Origin: Bifidobacterium breve
Lineage (GTDB): Bacteria > Actinomycetota > Actinomycetes > S36-B12
NCBI GenBank assembly: GCA_945870085.1
Contig: CAMBQX010000002.1
Location: 1-37,824 of the forward strand
Length of the DNA stretch: 37,824 bases
Direction of reading: 5' to 3'
Each line of letters opens with the position of its first letter. Positions within the stretch are counted from its first letter, which is position 1. The position numbers and the translations under genes were made by a program. Positions 36,528 to 37,824 of the stretch are shown piece after piece. The notes under the pieces were generated by a model, which did not search any database, was not told the origin of the DNA, and saw nothing but the letters and a program-made list of their open reading frames with translations.

Positions 36528-37190
36528 TCACCGAGCCCGCGACTCCAGATGGACTATCACTTCAGCCGAACTATTGAGATCTGCATACCTCCGTGACACA
36601 TCTCGCATATTGTCTTCGTGTGGCCCCAGTTCTTGATCTCCGCAGGCATCCTCGACAACAATCGTTTTGAATCCGTGACTGAACGAATCAACGATTGATG
36701 CACGCACACAGCCCGAGGTCGTAACTCCCATGATCAAAACAGTGTCAACTCCGCGATTTCTTAGGATGGTGCTCAGATCGGTTCCGAAGAATGCCGATGG
36801 ATACCTCTTAATCAAATAGATATCTGAGTCTTCCCACAACTGCGGAAGTATCGAAGCAGCGTGTGAATTCGGTGCGATATCTCGCAAACTCGGGACCTTC
36901 CAGTTTGTGAACTCATCATTATGAGTCCAAGCAACCGCCGTATGAACAACAGGAATTCCAGCCTGGCGCCCCACTGACAGCACACTCTCGGCGTTCTTAA
37001 CCGCCTGCGCAATATGCTCACTACGGCCCGTGGCGAAACTCGGATCGCAAAAAGCCTGTTGGAAATCAACCGCAACAATCGCGGGGCAAGTACCCCAGCC
37101 GACAGTAGTAATACCGTATCCAGCTTCAGCAAACTGATCTTTAATAGCTTTTACCGCCCTTCCTCGGAGGCTAGTGGTGCATCCCTGCTT
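36528..37190 (-). CDS. Isochorismatase-family amidohydrolase (N-carbamoylsarcosine-amidase / nicotinamidase-like), start unresolved
   Basis: Catalytic D/K/C contexts PAIVAVDFQQAF, LIKRYPSAF and TTSGCVR. The frame is open from 37190, but the first in-frame ATG/GTG/TTG is the GTG at 36983, which would delete the Asp strand. An SD-ATG at 37199 is followed by GAA TGA in the same frame. Confidence 0.65.
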   Translation of the reverse strand, partial: KQGCTTSLRGRAVKAIKDQFAEAGYGITTVGWGTCPAIVAVDFQQAFCDPSFATGRSEHIAQAVKNAESVLSVGRQAGIPVVHTAVAWTHNDEFTNWKVPSLRDIAPNSHAASILPQLWEDSDIYLIKRYPSAFFGTDLSTILRNRGVDTVLIMGVTTSGCVRASIVDSFSHGFKTIVVEDACGDQELGPHEDNMRDVSRRYADLNSSAEVIVHLESRAR

Positions 37191-37464
37191 TCATTCCATT
37201 GGACGCTCCATACCCGCAACTGCCCTATCACCGCAGTCTATCGGGGAATCCAGATATCGGCGCCCGAGGTGACCCCATACTCCAAGGTCCTCGCATACTC
37301 CCAGGCGAACAAAAGTGCTACAGCCAAGGAGGTCTACTCAGGTAATTGGAGTACCGATAACGATCGAGTCCTCGGGGCGGTAGGCGCAGGGAGCACTGGG
37401 CGCTGCGGTAGATTGCGACAAACAAGTCCAGTACGTTGTCACTGCTTCCACTGAGGAGACATTA

Positions 37465-37824
37465 ATCCGCGGCCAGCCAGCTGCACGCAGCGCGATCGCG
37501 GTCCTTGGGGCCGCGGTAATCGCGCAGGTAAGTATCTCAGGGTTTCAGCAGGGCCTGCCAGCTCTCGGGCCGATTCTTCAAACCACCTTTTCCCTGGACA
37601 CTTCGGGCACCGGTGCCATCTTGGGAGTGGGAAGTCTAGGAACGGCAGTGGCTGTCTTGATTTGGGGCAGGCTAACGGACCGCACCACCGATCGTTTCGT
37701 AGCCGTATTCGGCTTGCTCCTCGCTTCAGTCTCTTTGGGCTTGGCTGGGTTTGCTGCACACATCGATTCGCTGCCCGGCCTAATGCTTGGTCTCTTTGCT
37801 ACCGGTATCTGTGCGGCCGCCCCT
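37465..37824 (+). CDS. MFS transporter (5' part; runs off the window end), start unresolved
   Basis: In-frame translation gives TM1/TM2 and the MFS motif A (GRLTDRTTDR). There is no ATG/GTG/TTG between the in-frame TAG (37381) and TM1. An ATC at 37465 sits 6 nt after GAGGAG. Confidence 0.55.
   Translation, partial: MRGQPAARSAIAVLGAAVIAQVSISGFQQGLPALGPILQTTFSLDTSGTGAILGVGSLGTAVAVLIWGRLTDRTTDRFVAVFGLLLASVSLGLAGFAAHIDSLPGLMLGLFATGICAAAP

Noticed and set aside
37150-37195. Bacterial SECIS element downstream of the in-frame TGA
   Set aside because: Only trivial 3-4 bp pairings are visible by eye (CCUCCGAGG, UAGC...GCUA). Nothing resembles an fdhF-type stem-loop, so selenocysteine remains a low-probability option pending a proper search.
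36812-37454. ORFs 36812-37132 (-) and 37014-37454 (+) overlapping the isochorismatase 5' region and the divergent intergenic region
   Set aside because: Both are out of frame with or antisense to the motif-bearing isochorismatase frame. Their translations are low-complexity (Leu/Arg/Ser-rich) with no recognisable motifs.
1-37824. Mobile-element or defence-island signatures (integrase, transposase, IS inverted repeats, toxin-antitoxin pairs, restriction-modification, tRNA-flanked island borders)
   Set aside because: None of the ORF translations shows such motifs. I also saw no flanking direct repeats or tRNA genes, so the window looks like metabolic chromosome content.

Overview
This 37.8-kb segment reads like an actinobacterial chromosome: mid-to-high G+C, many GTG/TTG starts, frequent 1-7 nt start/stop overlaps, Tat/lipobox signal peptides, an F420-type LLM enzyme and a DUF3097-like protein. 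I can support about 36 protein genes, one decayed gene remnant, one tandem-repeat array, one good intrinsic terminator and two palindromic operator candidates. I saw no rRNA, tRNA, cas, transposase, integrase or phage genes. The left two thirds (1-25.7 kb) is a nitrogen-compound catabolic neighbourhood. It holds a polyamine ABC importer with aldehyde dehydrogenases, and reductive pyrimidine degradation genes (beta-ureidopropionase, dihydropyrimidinase, MmsA) followed by an LLM oxidoreductase. It also holds an Lrp-associated omega-aminotransferase/PNPOx/FAD-oxidase operon, a glutaryl-CoA dehydrogenase/CoA-transferase/GntR operon, a RutA-type pyrimidine monooxygenase with a RutD-like hydrolase, and a nitrilase/HMG-CoA-lyase/WrbA operon. 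The right third holds the two items most worth a second look. (i) A five-fold, 93-bp-periodic (186-bp higher-order) repeat array at 29756-30166 is fused in frame to the 3' end of a sugar-type ABC ATPase gene and encodes five copies of an F[QR]WRP[HY]R[VI]G[FY] motif. (ii) A tightly coupled seven-gene minus-strand operon (30160-37199) places an apparently intact selenophosphate synthetase (SelD) between an MmgE/PrpD protein and a Tam-like methyltransferase. The same operon carries a non-canonical acyl-CoA-dehydrogenase-fold protein, an ApgM-like phosphomutase, a NadM-like nucleotidyltransferase and an isochorismatase-like amidase. That amidase's only SD-ATG start is followed two codons later by an in-frame TGA. 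The operon is a candidate undescribed selenium small-molecule pathway. All functional calls rest on motif-level recognition by eye; no database search was possible.
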